Assembly: GCF_964355755.1 (NCBI RefSeq)
Contig: NC_092675.1
Span: 9,357,812-9,421,811, forward strand
From: Antedon mediterranea
Taxonomy: Eukaryota; Animalia; Echinodermata
DNA: 64,000 bases
Direction of reading: 5' to 3'
Program-made: the position numbers and the translations under genes
Notes under the pieces: generated by a model
Database searches by the model: none
What the model saw: only the letters and a program-made list of their open reading frames with translations
What the model was told of the DNA's origin: nothing
Shown here: one piece after another, positions 21,866 through 36,574 of the stretch
Numbering within the stretch: the first letter of the stretch is position 1
Layout: each line of letters opens with the position of its first letter

Positions 21866-22902
21866 TTAAAAACCATTAAATATTATAAATGAACACGGCA
21901 TTATACATGAAATTTACAGATAAGCAAACAACTAAGATTACTTAATTGTTGTATTTGGCTGAAACGTATTTAAATGACAAAAAGTATAACAATTACATAA
22001 AATGGGTAATTTGTTATCTATAAAGTGTGAACTAGTTTTTCATGATGGTTTTGTAGTATTTTGACTCTTTACAGGGATCCAGATAGTACCGCTAGAATGA
22101 AATTATGATTATTATTATTATAATTATTACTTTTTGCTATTATTTTTAATATTATATATGCTTATGTATATTATATACTCCAATGTTTTACATTACTTTT
22201 AAATTATAAAAAATGTAACAATAATTTACAAAAAGCGTTATGTTCATTGTTACAAAAAATATTCCCATCAATTATTGTAGAGTATTCACATTTGTCTCTG
22301 GCTAAATTCTTATAATAAAGTTTGAACAAGTTCCAAATCAAAGCTGTAGTTATAATTACAAATTAATATTGAATTGTTAAAACTTTTGCTTCATACAGTT
22401 GACAGATTGATATCACAGGTGAGGCTATTCTTGATGTATCCATCAAACTATTAGTTTGCTGTTTTTGTTATTCTCAATAGAAATTATCTTTATTGACTCT
22501 ATTGATCTATAATTACAATATTCATAAAAAATTGATAAAATCAAAAGTTATAGACAAATCATATATAAAGAACATTGGATGACGAATATTACTTGGATTA
22601 GGATGTACTAAAAACGTAATAATTTGTTGTTTTTTTTTGGTTTTAATACATCATACCAGAAATATCTTTATGATGAAAGGATTTACTTTTATCATCATGA
22701 AGACAATTTTCTGTAAATTCTCCTGTCCAGAATTGTTACTGAACACGCATGTATTGCTCTGGTATTAAACTGACCAATCATAGTAACAATATAGTGCGCA
22801 ACTATGCTTTCTCCAGAGATTTCACAATGTTCGGGTATGCATGTATGAAAACGTTTAATAAATCAGACCTGGTTACAAGATGTAACAATTTATGCGGATG
22901 TG

Positions 22903-23335
22903 AAAAGGTAAAGGTAAAGGTATTCATATTTGTCCTCAAGCTTAACTGGAAACTGAGGAAATTCGGATTAGGCCCTCCACGGACCCACGGCAGCCAGCAG
23001 TGCAGCGCCTACCAGATCAGCACATCTTCGAAAAGTGTACCAAGTTCTTTAACGTGCACTGTTAAGTACACGGGACCAACGGCTTTACATCCCATCCGAA
23101 GGACGAGGCAATGAGAGTAAAGCACCTTGCCTAAGGATGCAATTAGTATGGTACAGATAACCTCGAACCCATGCCTATCACATGCTAGTCCGATATTACC
23201 ATTACACCATCACTCTCTATACAGCACCCGCCACAATTTCTAGACGGTCTCCCATCCAGAACGCAACCAGGCCCAACGTTGCTTAACTTTGGTGATCTGA
23301 CGAGAACCGGTGTTTCAACACAGTATGGCCGTATA
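22903..23335 (-). mobile_element. Chimeric 5S rRNA + tRNA-derived SINE with Nin/Deu-like body and (ACCTTT)n tail
   Basis: 23335-23218 reads TACGGCCATAC..TTGAAACACCGGTTCTCGTCAGATCACCAAAGTTAAGCAACG..GGATGGGAGACCG (5S). Then A-box TGGTGTAATGG and B-box GGTTCGAG, TCCTTAGGCAAGGTGCTTTAC, CGGATGGGATGTAAAGCCG..GCACGTTAAAGAAC, tail ACCTTTACCTTTACCTTT. Confidence 0.85.
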
Positions 23336-24128
23336 AAAGGGTATAAGTGAATAACAAATTAGTTAAAGGAACATTAGTATTGAATGTAATTTCTCATCTA
23401 AAAAAATGTTACTACTGTACTCTAGTTTATGTACATACTTATTTGAACATTTTAAATCTAGAAAAAACAATTTGAAAAAAAAAACAATGTAATTCTATTT
23501 CAAATGCCGAGAACAATGTACAGAACATCCATCAACAGTCCTTGGGTAAAGGAAACGTGTAAGAGAAAATGTCATAACCTAGTTTTTAATTATGATTCAG
23601 CAAAAGTTTGATAAACAATATTTACATATACATTGTATCATCATGTTTATAATATACATGTTTACCTATAGGCAACTTTGCAGATAAACTGAAATAAATA
23701 CCAAACACATATCGATCGATCAATATTATATTAATAAGATTGTATTTTTTTTAAAGATTTATTAACTATCTGAATCATAAGCCCAAAATCTGTAAGAATA
23801 AAACAAAATATCAACTGCAACTTTTCTGATCTTAATTTTCATAAAAAATAATATAAATAATCAAGAGATATTAGTAACAATATAGTGTAGTAGTAAACTA
23901 TTAGTAACTCAAATTGATTTTCATTTCACAATAAACAATGATAATTACAATTTTTAAAAACTTGAGTTGAAACATGCATTTGAAATCAAATCTATAAATA
24001 GTATGAGCAAATAGAACATCAAATGTCATTAACAACTGACAAAGTTTTCTCAACTCTGTCCCGTTAAATTTAATTCAAACTTGATTCAAATGTTTAATTT
24101 GGTATCGTAAAAAACAATGATGCCTTAC

Positions 24129-24191
24129 CTCGTGACAAATTTTCATCTTCTGTCTTAAAGAATCCTTGTATAAATTTAACAATAAAGGCAT
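24129..24191 (-). CDS. Candidate alternative first coding exon of the RhoGAP gene (MPLLLNLYKDSLRQKMKICHE)
   Basis: ATG to phase-0 donor GAG|gtaagg. Confidence 0.35.
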
Positions 24192-25160
24192 CTTGCCTTA
24201 TTTTAAAAATAGCCTACCAAAAATAACAATCTATAAGAGAACACTGCTTTGCTAGGAGTATGTTATGGGTCGAAGCTAAAAACTTTATATATCTTGACTC
24301 CCTGAATAATTGGACTAGTCCATTTCAAACTCAGGGGATAAAAACAATGTGAAAGTTGTAGTGAGAAAAAAAAAAGATCTTTGAATGTTGGAAGTTGTCC
24401 AGATAGCTAATTGAAAAATGTCCCTTGATTTTAAAAGGCAAGACAAGAGTGTACTTTTAGTTGACAAGCATGGTCACAATTATTGATAAGTGAATCCTAG
24501 ATCTATTGTGGTATTCTAAATTTATAACATATGAATGATATAAAGCGGCACCCTGACAAATCACCTATTAATTCATTCTTATCAATAATTAATTACTACT
24601 GTCGTTAATGTTTAGTTTATGTTAAATTAATAATCTGATTTATATGACAAGGAATTCTAGATTGTGAAGTTGAAATATAAATTGTGCCATATATTATATT
24701 ATAATTTGTTTGAATTTTGACCTTGTATAATTATACATGCAGAAAACAAAAAGAAATTAGCAAATGTTCATCCTATAATTATTATGACCATTAATACTGT
24801 ATACTATGAAAATAATATTTAAAATGCAATTAAATGATATGACATCATCTTACTGATTGTGGCGATCAGTATGAAAAATAAAATTTGTTGTTTTTATTGA
24901 TCATGATGTAAATTTTATCATACTGTCAGTATGAAGACAGAATAAATGCTTACCCTATAATATAGTTTTAGGTATAGGCCTAGAACACTACTAATTTTGT
25001 TTAATATTTGTCTGCAGAAAAAAACATTAATCGTTGTTTTAATGTCATGTGTATTATAAACAGGCCTGAGTAGAGAATTAGCGAATGCCATTTGGACTTT
25101 GCAAAAAACTGATATTAAAAAAGACAAATTTTTTTGCCAAAAAAAAAAATATCATAATTC

Positions 25161-25282
25161 TGACAAAGCGAAAAAAGTGATGTGCCCATATATGGACATG
25201 ATGATGTCATATCACTAACATATTTGGGCATATAACTACCATATTTGCACACATCACATGTGTTTGGTCAAACTAGTTTGAT
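25161..25282. mobile_element. MITE family A, internal part only
   Basis: Core TGATGTGCCCATATATGGACATGATGATGTCATATCACT..GTCAAACTAGTTTGAT; TIRs lost. Confidence 0.7.
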
Positions 25283-26214
25283 TTAATGCTAATATAATAT
25301 AGATATTCACTCCCGAAGAATGAGGTACTAGATTCTATTTCAAGGTGGATGGTGAGATAAATAGACTTGACAGGTACAAGTGTACTTTTGTAGGTTCCTG
25401 ATTTGTTCTTGTCCCCTAGAAACAAGTCCCTTGGGCTGGGTGAATTAGAAACTAATCAACAAGTCAAAATGTAATAGACACATTCCAAACCGACAATAAT
25501 CATTATCTGTTCTTATAGCAACCATGTCAATCATCTTGACAATTCCAAGAATAGTTTGTCAAAGAAAAGAAATTACAAATTAATTAATACTGTGGAATGA
25601 ATATCTGACTGTGTTACAGTATAAAATTTTCCAAAATCATTTAATATATCACTTCAATTAAATTAAATTATTTTATTTTGTCATGCACTCTGTCTCAAAA
25701 ATTGTCTTACTTTGTCACATATAAACATAGTAAAAATATGATAAAAACGGTAAAATACAATACAACGAATACTAAAATGTCTACAAAAATAGAAAAGTCT
25801 TGATAAATCCTGTCAATGTGCACGGTGCTTCTAATTTTGGATTAAATATTAAGATAAAACAGTTCAATGTTAACATTCAAATCTTGATAGTCATATACAT
25901 TGGGATTATTTTGTATTAACTATGACCATGAAAATTTGCTATGTTATATAAAAAGTGCTGTGAGACCTTTTGGTAAAGACCGCCTCAAAATTATATACAA
26001 ATGTTTGACTTTTTGAAACCAATGAACAGTACATTATTCACATTTTGTGTTTTACTTGTTATGGTTGCCCCATTAATGGCATAATTATACATTTTATAAG
26101 TTTGCTCTGTAGTCAATGTTACTAGAGTCTGCATTAATATAAATGAATAATGTTGAATGGAGAGACTATTTTCATGAGTTGAAATATTGAATGTCTCTAT
26201 TCAATGAATATTAT

Positions 26215-26655
26215 TAGTTACACCCTGCTTGTTCACGGAATACGGGAAATAAATACGTTCTGGTTCCATATTCTAGGAGACCGAAGGCCGAATGGATTAT
26301 GGAACCAGAACGTAGATATTTCCCGTATTTCGTAAGTGTTAGTGTTGAAATCGACGACCTCTAGCTATCACAACAACAATAGGGAGCTTTCGACGATTAC
26401 GATTAGCTTTTTTGACGGACCGTAGAATACGGGTTCATATTCGATGGTTGAAATCACAACTACGCATGCACTCAACGACAAAAATACAATACAATACTGT
26501 ACATAAACAACGCACGCATAGAAACATCAAACAGGTAATACGGGATGTATTACCCTTCTGATCCGCTTGACTGAGTAAATGGGTGTAATACGGAATTATA
26601 TCTCATACATATTGACCAATCAGATTACAGAATTCACGTACACTAAGAGATAAAA
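26215..26655. mobile_element. CpG-rich interspersed repeat with internal hairpin (possibly non-autonomous Crypton-like)
   Basis: ~35-bp-arm hairpin at 26235-26333 around CCGAAGGCCG; TATTGACCAATCAGA near the end. Class assignment is tentative. Confidence 0.45.
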
Positions 26656-27725
26656 TCATATTCTATTCTGCTTTGTATTTCTATGAGCACTTGCCCCAAT
26701 CAGGTTTGGTATAGCATAACAAATTGTACACTGGAAAAGGTGTACATTAAAATGGTTAAAAAAAAAAGAATAGAGAAGTAAACATCCGGTAGAACTAACT
26801 TTAGAGGTCTCTGATTGACGAAACTGACAATTCCATTAAAATAAATGATTTCAGCTTATTAACTCCATCGGTTATAATGTTACTATTTTAAAGTAGGTCC
26901 TACTAAAATGAGTGATTTTCTGGTCAATGAAAGATGGTTGATAAGTTTAATTGATTTCCTGGCAATTATTATTTTTTAGCCTGGAAACATAAAAGAAACA
27001 CATAAGAGAAGGGGTTGACAGACAGCTGCATTGGACATTTCATTGACCTCTCATATCATGCGGAAGGAAGTTTAAGGTTAAAAATGTATTGAAGGAGGAG
27101 GATACTTAGGTACCTTAGGCCTTGGGCAATTTTTTATTAAAGCCAAATAAACTGTTTATTTCAACATAGGTTTATACAATTTTTATATCAACCATTATCA
27201 ATCATTCCTGCTAAATTTGTGTGCATAAATATTAATTTTATCCAAAATTAATGTTCTCAGGCGGTCAAGCATTCAAGATGTTACACTGATTTGCTCAAGT
27301 TCAATGGAGTTCAATCAAATAACCGCTATTTCAAGTTGCAGCTAAAAGTTGTACAGCAATAACTGGTTAAATATCTTAAAACAGCATTTGATTGGGTGTT
27401 TTAACCTTCTCTTAATGCCTTCAAATTGTAACATACTATTATGTTCTGTATATAAAAGCTTACACTTTACTTTATACTCTTATATAACATTAATGTATTT
27501 ATGGGTAACAAAATATGGCATTGAACATACAACTAGCTCGACAATCTAATAAATCCATATTGTGATTCACAATAGTTCATACTCTATCATTTGATCCATT
27601 CATGAATTGCATTATAAATATAGCAAAGATGACCAGCTTTATTGTAATGTAATTAGTAGGGGTCCTACTGTATATACAGATATATAGAACCCTCCGAAGT
27701 GACTCCTTTAAAGGGGTTAGTCATA

Positions 27726-28654
27726 CGCCCGTATTCTTAAACCGGACTTTAGTCGTAGTTCGAGCTAAAACTAAAAAAATGACGTCATTTAAATTCATAA
27801 ACCGAACTTCAACTAAATCACCGACTAAATCAGGCCAACCTCGACTAAATCGAGACGGATTTTGATCGATTTTTTTAGTCCTGGAGGGGGCAGACTAAAT
27901 GGTCGACTAAATGGTTTTTAAACGATGTTTATAAAAAACGTAACAGTCATTGAGTTGTTATATTGGCCAGATATTGAAGAATGAAATATCTATATTTATA
28001 TTAGCTTAATTAAATATACATTGGTATAAATTATAATAATGAAAATCATCTTTATTTACAACTGTATACAAATTACATTATTTTCTTCGCGCAAGTCCGA
28101 CTTGAGCTACGTCACGCCATAGCGACAATGGGAGATGCGGCAATTCACCACGCGATGGAATGTTTAGGGGGCCTAGCGCTTTCTTGTCACGCTATGAAGT
28201 GCGTGGTTCGTGGCGATCATACTTTGTTGGGGGCCTAGAAAATATAAAAGTTACCGTACAGCCATGGTTCCTAAATCTATTTTAAAGATTTTATTTGTTG
28301 TTAATCAAATATACTTCACTGTTAAATTAATACTGATATTGTTCTAATAATTAACGATTAAAATTATTTTTCATGTATATATAGTCCTGATGCGTAAAAA
28401 GTGTTGTAAGAAATGGAAAGTGATATCAATGCGAAAAATTTCGTCTGCTCCTCAAATACTCTCTTGTCATTGGCCAATGTATAGCCTTTGTTACCCAGAC
28501 GTGTGCAACTCGACTAAAAGCTCGACTTCATTAAGTCGAACTGCAAACTTCGACTACTTCGTTTTTGAATCGAATTTGAAGTAATAGCTCGAACTACGAC
28601 TTTTCCAAGTCGAACTTCGAACTACGACTAAAGTCCGGTTTAAGAATACGGGCG
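27726..28654. mobile_element. Harbinger-like non-autonomous transposon
   Basis: Perfect 38-bp TIR CGCCCGTATTCTTAAACCGGACTTTAGTCGTAGTTCGA; 3-bp TSD ATA; CGACTAAA subterminal repeats. Confidence 0.88.
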
Positions 28655-30162
28655 ATAGTGTTAAAATATGTATTGCTCCACCACCAGAAGGTGTCACATT
28701 AATAAGGTTAAGTCCTAAATGAGGGGTTCTAATGTTATTTAGAGGGTCATTATATGAAAATACTAAATTATTTTTAGAAATGTCTAAGCAACAAATCAAA
28801 TCTGAGTTGTCATACAGTATGTTTTGGTAATGACACAAACCATTGTGGCACTCAATCCAAAGCCAGACAAGTATACATAGTGAGCCAAAGTAAAAGCAAA
28901 ACGCAAAACCTTTATTTAGTGCAACTAAAAATCAAAGAAAAAAAGTTTACTGTAGTATTGCAAACCGCAAAGTATTGACGTCAAAATAAAAATGTTACAA
29001 AAGTATAAGTAGGTCAGTTAAAGTACATGGATAAAACAGCTTACACTAATTGAAAACTTCCAATTTAAAGTCTCTTATAATACAAAGTAATTAACTTTTC
29101 ATTTTAAATGTGTCACAATATGATTAAAATTATTTATAATGTCAAAAGTTCAAACGGTTATTTAAAGATTATTTTAAAATGTCTATATATTAATTGCTTA
29201 TTTTGAAAACATTTTTAATCAGTGCATGTTTGTATTTCATCTTTTCACTGCTTTTTAACATAAAAATTATACTTGAATTTACTATACTTCACTGACAAAT
29301 GTAACTAATAAAATATCATCCAAAAAAATCTAAAAAAAAAAAAAGAAGAAGTCCACTTAATTTTGTTTTTTAAGGTGCTGTTGTGTCTTTATGTATTTTG
29401 TTTATCAATATTAAATATTTTGAAGTATGTATTTTATCAATAAATTGTGTATTACTATTATTAATACTCATACCAAAAATAGATTGTTGTTGGCAAGAGT
29501 GTTTACAAAACATTATACGTTTGTATTTGTAAAAATAATCCTTAATTTTCTTAAATGTAATCTTTGACCTGCAAATAGTGATTAGGGGAAACATGCCTAT
29601 GCCACAGATTGTTGAAAAAATCCAGATAACTGAAAATTGTTCTATAAATATGCAATCAATGTTGCTGATATTTCAAGCAATACAAATTCAGAAGTTTTAT
29701 AGGTTGAAAATGCAATGTTTTTAAAATAGTCAGATTAACAAATATAAAACATTCATTGCTGGAGATTAAAATATTGGCAACACACTAGGTACTGTCTTTT
29801 TATAGACCAGATGAATTCAGTACACAACATGGCTACCAATTTCAAGTTGTGACTGTGGTACAAAATTCCAGAGTGCAAAACAAATTGATCTCACCTAAGG
29901 ACATGTACGTGACCTGCTATGTAATCAAAAACATGATTATGATGAACAGGTTAAACGGAAGTAGATTTCATAGAAAGAGCAAATATTTTGTTTTAAACTT
30001 GTTGTCACAGTGCTTTGTCGCAAAAACTCTCTAACACTAACAGTGCTTTGCATCTACATTTTAGTCAGACTGACTTATGTCAGGCTGGTTAAACTTTACT
30101 GTATAAAAAATGTTTACATATTTTGTTCTAACTGTACAGTAGTTGTGCTCTATAGGCCATAT

Positions 30163-30368
30163 TAAGGACTTTTAGATTTGAGTGAACATTGACATGGGTC
30201 GTAGTTGACTGTTACTCGTCGACAGATATTTAAACGTTTAGATTAAGTGGACATTTACGTTGACATGGCAGTGAACCTACGATGAACAAGTTTTTGCCAA
30301 TTGTCTAGTGCATGCGAATATCATAAAATGATGTAGTAAAAGGGTATGTAAAAATCTAAAAGTCCCTA
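30163..30368. mobile_element. Unclassified MITE
   Basis: TIR TAAGGACTTTTAGATTT / AAATCTAAAAGTCCCTA. Confidence 0.65.
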
Positions 30369-30628
30369 CACCAAAGACGACTAATCCAGGACTACTCTAC
30401 TAGTCCAGGACTACTCTACTCTTTTCAGTTCTGGACTACCCTGTACAAAATTTATCAAAATAGTACTGCCAAATGACACTTAAAGATTTGTTAAATGGTG
30501 GCTTCTTTTAGTGCCAAACCATGATTTTCTTTCATAATATGTTGGCGACATGTCATACATGGGTCTAGGCAGCTACAGTGTTTAAAAAGGATTTTTTCAC
30601 AGTACTCAACCTACAGTAAGTTACCTAC

Positions 30629-30691
30629 CTCAAAAGACTCATCTGAGATGCCACGATGACACGTCAGGAAACTTGACGTACGACTTAACAT
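30629..30691 (-). CDS. Candidate alternative first coding exon of the RhoGAP gene (MLSRTSSFLTCHRGISDESFE)
   Basis: aaaATG to phase-0 donor GAG|gtaggt; CpG-containing, exon-like composition. Confidence 0.5.
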
Positions 30692-33600
30692 TTTATCATC
30701 CAACTTCCAAGTTTTCAAATTTATAAAAGTATAATTCCTTCAAATATTATTAAAAATTATTATAATTTATGTAAAATCCAAAAAAAACGGCAGCAGAAAA
30801 ATGAGCAAAAACTGAAAACTGTGTGTATGGGAAGGAAATTGCAAATACTGTAGACTTCCACTTTTTCTATCAGGTCGCTCTAGATATCAAAAAGGGAAGT
30901 GGTTTGATAAAAGTTGACCTACTCTTGCTGAAATAGGTGAACAATATTTGTATGTTATCTCAAGTCAGCAAATCTTACATTAATTTGGTTATTAATTAGA
31001 CTGTTTTGTCACTAGTTCAAATTATTGAAAATTCAATATTAATGTGGTTTGCACAATTCAATAAATAACATGTGTTGAAAAGAATATTGGTATTAACTTC
31101 GCTTGAGAATTCCAAAAACGACTGCCACTTCATCAGGTTAAAAGATGGGTAAAGCAAGTCCAATTCCAATGTTTGATAAACACAGTATTCAAAAGGCAAC
31201 AGTACAGTAGTACAGATGGACTGAAGAAAGAAAATTCATCAACCAAATACACAATCAGTAGTTAAAATCTTCAAAAAACATAAATGATGGAACTTAGTCT
31301 GTCCAAGGTAGGTACTGCGATGTCTGGTATTTCAAAAGTTTACTGTTTGTAGATAATTAAAAATAATGTGCAAAAAACATATCCAAAGAATAAATTGACG
31401 GTCTTCATTTGTAAAGACTATCTACAACCAAACAACATAACACCACAAAGACGCCCAGGCAATTGGCAGCAAACATGATATTTCTCGCTAGGCTAACATT
31501 CTTGACATACCAAAAGCAGCTAGATATCTACAGAAACCTGCCTTCAAGTGAAACATGATCTCAAACGGCAACCTGCCATTGGTCCTCATACATATCAATT
31601 AGCTTTACTAACGATCAACACCACAAGTGAGTGACAGATTTAGAGTTTACCTCACAAGTAAATTTTTTCAGCAATTAAAAGTTTTCACCAATCAAAATCC
31701 TGTAAGTGAAAATGTTTTAAGAAACGAAACAAGAAACATCTTGTTCACTTCTGAGTGGGTCACAGTGAATACTTTAAGCTGTAACATCAACCTTTTCTGA
31801 GTTTCTTCCTTTTCTTCAAACAGCAAACTCAAATATATATTCTGCACAATAAGATTAGATTGTAGGCTTTGATAATTTTCAATTGGAAATTAGGATTACA
31901 GAGTGATCATTATAGAGTGAATTCATGTATTTCTTCAGGCTAGGCTTGGGTAATAGTAGCACCAAATAAAAAAACTATAATCATTGTTTTTCCTTTTCCA
32001 GATAGCTGTGTGAATAGAGATAAACTACGACAGAACTTGTTTTTATGTTGTTTCAAATTTTAGAAAATAAAAAAAGTGAAAAATGGATGTCTGGCTATCA
32101 AGCAGACGATTTTAGGTTTAAAGTTATTTAAAAAAAAAATCATACTAATACACAGCGGATAAACAAGATTAAACAAAAACATATGGTTACTGGTCAATTC
32201 AAGTGACATTTGCGGTATTAAAAATAATTAGTTTTAAATGTTTAAACAAAGAATAGCATACAAATTTAAGGAAGCAAGTAATTCCATCAGGTAAATAAAG
32301 TACGATGGGAATCAAAGGACGCATCTAATATAAATTATAAAATAAAAGTGACATATTTATAATAAAAACCAGAAATATCAGCATTTTGATTGATTGTTGT
32401 GTTATTGTTTGTGAGGCCTCTTACATTATTATTGGAACACTAAAGATAGAGTTCTATTCAATTGAAAAAAAATAAACAAAACAGATGCTCCTTTTTAAAA
32501 AAAATGAATAAATGGCAAAAGTGCAACTATAGATATCCTGAAATATTTGAAATTTTTTTAATTAATATTATATAATAAAAAAATTTTTAATTAATATTAT
32601 ATAAAATAGAAATTAAAATAAAATGTTCAATTCATTTAAACCAACTAATTTAGATATTTATCATTAGATTTAGGAATATCTGTATTAATTAGTATTTTCA
32701 AAATTATTATTTTGCCCTAAATCAACCTTGATTTTGAATTATTATTATTACTTTTTAGTACGTGTCATTACATGAGAAATAAGTAAAACTTTATTATTAA
32801 AATGATATGGGACGTCTTTATTATAATCATGTACATGTACTATGGCCCAATTCTCACGTTCTCAATTAGAAGTTACCATTTTTAATCCTTTACAGACTTC
32901 CACACACTAATCTCAGCTTTCATTACATATTCCACAATTCATTTATACAAAGGAAAAGACCTTTAAGTTGATAAATACCGCAAACAATGCATAATTATAT
33001 ATATCATTATCATAAAAAAGCTGAAGACATTATATAGATACAAAAAATATATTTTTCAATGGGCCTGACTCTCCTGCCTTTCGATCCTCAAAATAGGGTA
33101 TAAAAATAAGGTATAAAATACGGTATAATTTATAGAAGTAGGCCTACTATCTTGGGTGGTCGTGTTAAAATTCATCTTTTTTACCCAACCTGCCTTTCGA
33201 TCCCTAAAAAATGGGGACAAGGTATTCTTTCCTTTGCCCCAAATTAGAATTTGCTATCTTTGGCGAGCCTCTGCTTTCAGTCTCTTTTTGTTTTTTTATT
33301 GACTTGTTTCAATGACAAGTCCGCACCCTGCACTCCTTTAATTTTTGCTAAATTATTTTTATAAATCTGGCTGTCCTGTTTGTTTCCTTCAACTTTCCCG
33401 AAATCTTTGTTTCCCCAACAGATTAATTGCAAATGTTGTGTATAAAAAATAGTATCTGAAATATTGTTATTACACAGTATATGAATATGTACCGGTAGAC
33501 GTAAACAGTACAATAATATGAATATGCAATATACAAACAACAAATTCTTTAGCAGTGTCAAATATCGAATCGCCTCAAGACATGTTAAAAATTGCTCAAT

Positions 33601-35823
33601 TAACTTCCTTAAAAAATAAATACTTTTTATTTTAATTGACCTCAGAGTTAAAAAAGTACCAGGGGTAAAGCTAGAGTTTCCTCTGCTCAACTCAACAATA
33701 GGAAATTAATTTTGGAACGGGAATTCCTTCAATTCAATAATTCAGGTCATACCCCTCTCAGGGGAAATGGGATTGGACATTTAAATAATCAAAATCCTAA
33801 AGTGCACAATAAACACTAACTCCCATGTGCGTAGCATGAATATGTGGTCTGTATGGTTTACTTTTATCACAATTCTCCATATCATATACCTGTTCTGTAC
33901 AACATTATCGTGTCAAGACAAACTTTTATTTGCTACTTCAAGTGTGTCTAAATAAGTAACTAATAGATATGCAATATGAAAGGTTTTCAAGCTCATAGAT
34001 ATAGAATACATCACTTACATTACAAGTGTACTGAGACACATTTTATTTCTATACAGTAACTATAATGTATCATACCATTTTATTTTGTATTATCTTATCC
34101 TACAACATAATGTTGGAAAGTTGGCTGACTTCAGAAATATTGTAAATTAATCTCCAAAACTCAATTTAATATTAGTTTCCGAAAACCTCTACAGAAATAT
34201 ATCAAGTAATTACTGTAGATTTGCAGACTAGCAACTGCTGTCTATGCAACTCAAATTATGACTTATTCCACAAATTATTTAATTGTTTAATTCAAAATTA
34301 CAAATATTAAACTCTTGCCAAGACACTTAAATGGTCATGGTTAGTCTCAGATAAATTTCAATTTATTTAATGTTCATTTTGAAATATTCACAAAGAATAA
34401 GAATAAACATTTATTGTTTGTGCCTAAAAAAATACAGAAGGAATTATAAGAAATACCTTGACTATTTAATATTCAATTTGAAATATATAAAGAGTTAAAA
34501 AATTGATAAATAATATATTGAATGTACCCTAAAATTAAAGAGGAACTCATAAAAAATATTTTACTACCATAGCTATTTTTTATGTGAATTATTATAAACA
34601 AATGAAAATAGCATCCTACTTTTTTAAATGCTGCCACCAACCATGAATGACAAAGAAACTTTTTTTATTTCTAGACAAGATCTGTGCAGTAAGTACTGTA
34701 AGTAATCAACTGTATGAACAAAGCATGCTAACAAGCCAATGGTCTATAAAATATTGTATATAATTTTTTTTTTATTATTTAAACAATGCTTGATCCTTTT
34801 GCCAACAACAGTCTTAAACTATTTTATATTTTAGCTTTTTTAAATGGTTATAGTGCCCAAATAATTGTAAAATACTACTTTTCAGCCACCTCTTGGTTGC
34901 CATAGTAAGTTCAAGTTAATTTGGAATCATATTCTTATTATTTTGATTTAATAACCAAATTATTGTGTGGGAGGCAGGAGATGAGGCTGATTGATGATTT
35001 GATTAAAACATTTTAAAAATGTCGGTTTCAATCAAACGTATCAGTGTAAACAAAAATGAACATTGTTTTGAATTTATAAACTGCTTAAAAGTCTATGTAT
35101 AATTTTAGCTATTTTTCTTTCTTTTTTTTGTGTTCTTTAACATGTATCTAAATCTACAATTATGCAATGAGTGGATGTAATTGTATTACATTTTAACTGT
35201 TGATCTTCTTTCTTTTTTTATTTATCCCATTGTGTAAGTGGTGCTCCCCGCTGTTGGATGTGAGGTGAAATAAACCAAAGACAACCTCTTGAAATGAAAA
35301 AATCCTATTTACAAACTTCAAATATTAAACAAAGAATTGATAATAAAGGCATTTAAAGATATTTAACCTTCAAGCAATATAATATCAATTTTACTCAAAA
35401 TATCATGTACAATCATAGAGCGGTACACTTTGACGCATCACTGGTCGGCGATGAAAACGGTAAAATAAAACGGAAAATGACTTAGATGTGGTTTTGTGAC
35501 TCAAAATGTAATTGCAAAGGGAAAATGACCCTTAAGAATCCAGAAATAATTGTCTGTAAAGAAATATTGATAATGATGAAACGCACGTATAATACATCAT
35601 TCACTGAAGATAAAGTGACTCATACACAATCAAAAGATGCATTAATAGCACAACTGGCAGTACTAAAAATGCCACAAAATGTGACTTTTAAAAAGATTAG
35701 TTATGAATGTACCTAAAATATATTTAATTAATTTAATAACACTATTCTTTCATATTTTGTATAAATAAATCAAGTGCGTTAGTGGTTAATGTTACATTAG
35801 TGGTTGATTGTTACGTTTAACCA

Positions 35824-36477
35824 ACATAACAAACTTCATTAAACACTAACGTAACAAACTTCATTAAACAATAACGTAACAAACTTCATTAAACAATAAC
35901 GTAACAAACTTCATTAAACACTAACGTAACAAACTTCATTAAACACTAACATAACAAATTTCATTAAACACTAACGTAACAAACTTCATTAAACACTAAC
36001 GTAACAAACTTTATTAAACACTAACGTAACAAACTTCATTAAACACTAACGTAACAAACTTCATTAAACAATAACGTAACAAACTTCATTAAACACTAAC
36101 GTAACAAACTTCATTAAACACTAACGTAACAAACTTTATTAAACACTAACGTAACAAACTTCATTAAACACTAACATAACAAACTTTATTAAACACTAAC
36201 GTAACAAACTTCATTAAACACTAACGTAACAAACTTCATGAAACACTAACGTAACAAATTTCCTTAAACACTAACATAACAAACTTCATTAAACACTAAC
36301 GTAACAAACTTTATTAAACACTAACGTAACAAACTTCATTAAACACTAACGTAATAAACTTCATTAAACAATAACGTAACAAACTTCATTAAACACTAAC
36401 GTAACAAACTTCATTAAACACTAACGTAACAAACAAAACACTAACGTAACAAACTTCATTAAACACTAACGTAACAA
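35824..36477. repeat. 25-bp tandem array, ~26 copies
   Basis: Unit AACAAACTTCATTAAACACTAACGT with few variants. Confidence 0.97.
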
Positions 36478-36574
36478 CAGTAGAAAATGTTGAGATATGT
36501 TTGGACTTTTATAAACTGTTTAAGAAAATGTTAAAATTTGTGTACTTACAGTACTTTATTTATAGTTACAACTA

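Noticed and set aside
23218-23335. Functional 5S rRNA gene
   Set aside because: Diverged internal control region and 3' end, no T-run terminator, and it continues into a SINE body and tail.
35824-36477. CRISPR or telomeric array
   Set aside because: Head-to-tail units with no spacers; not TTAGGG-like.
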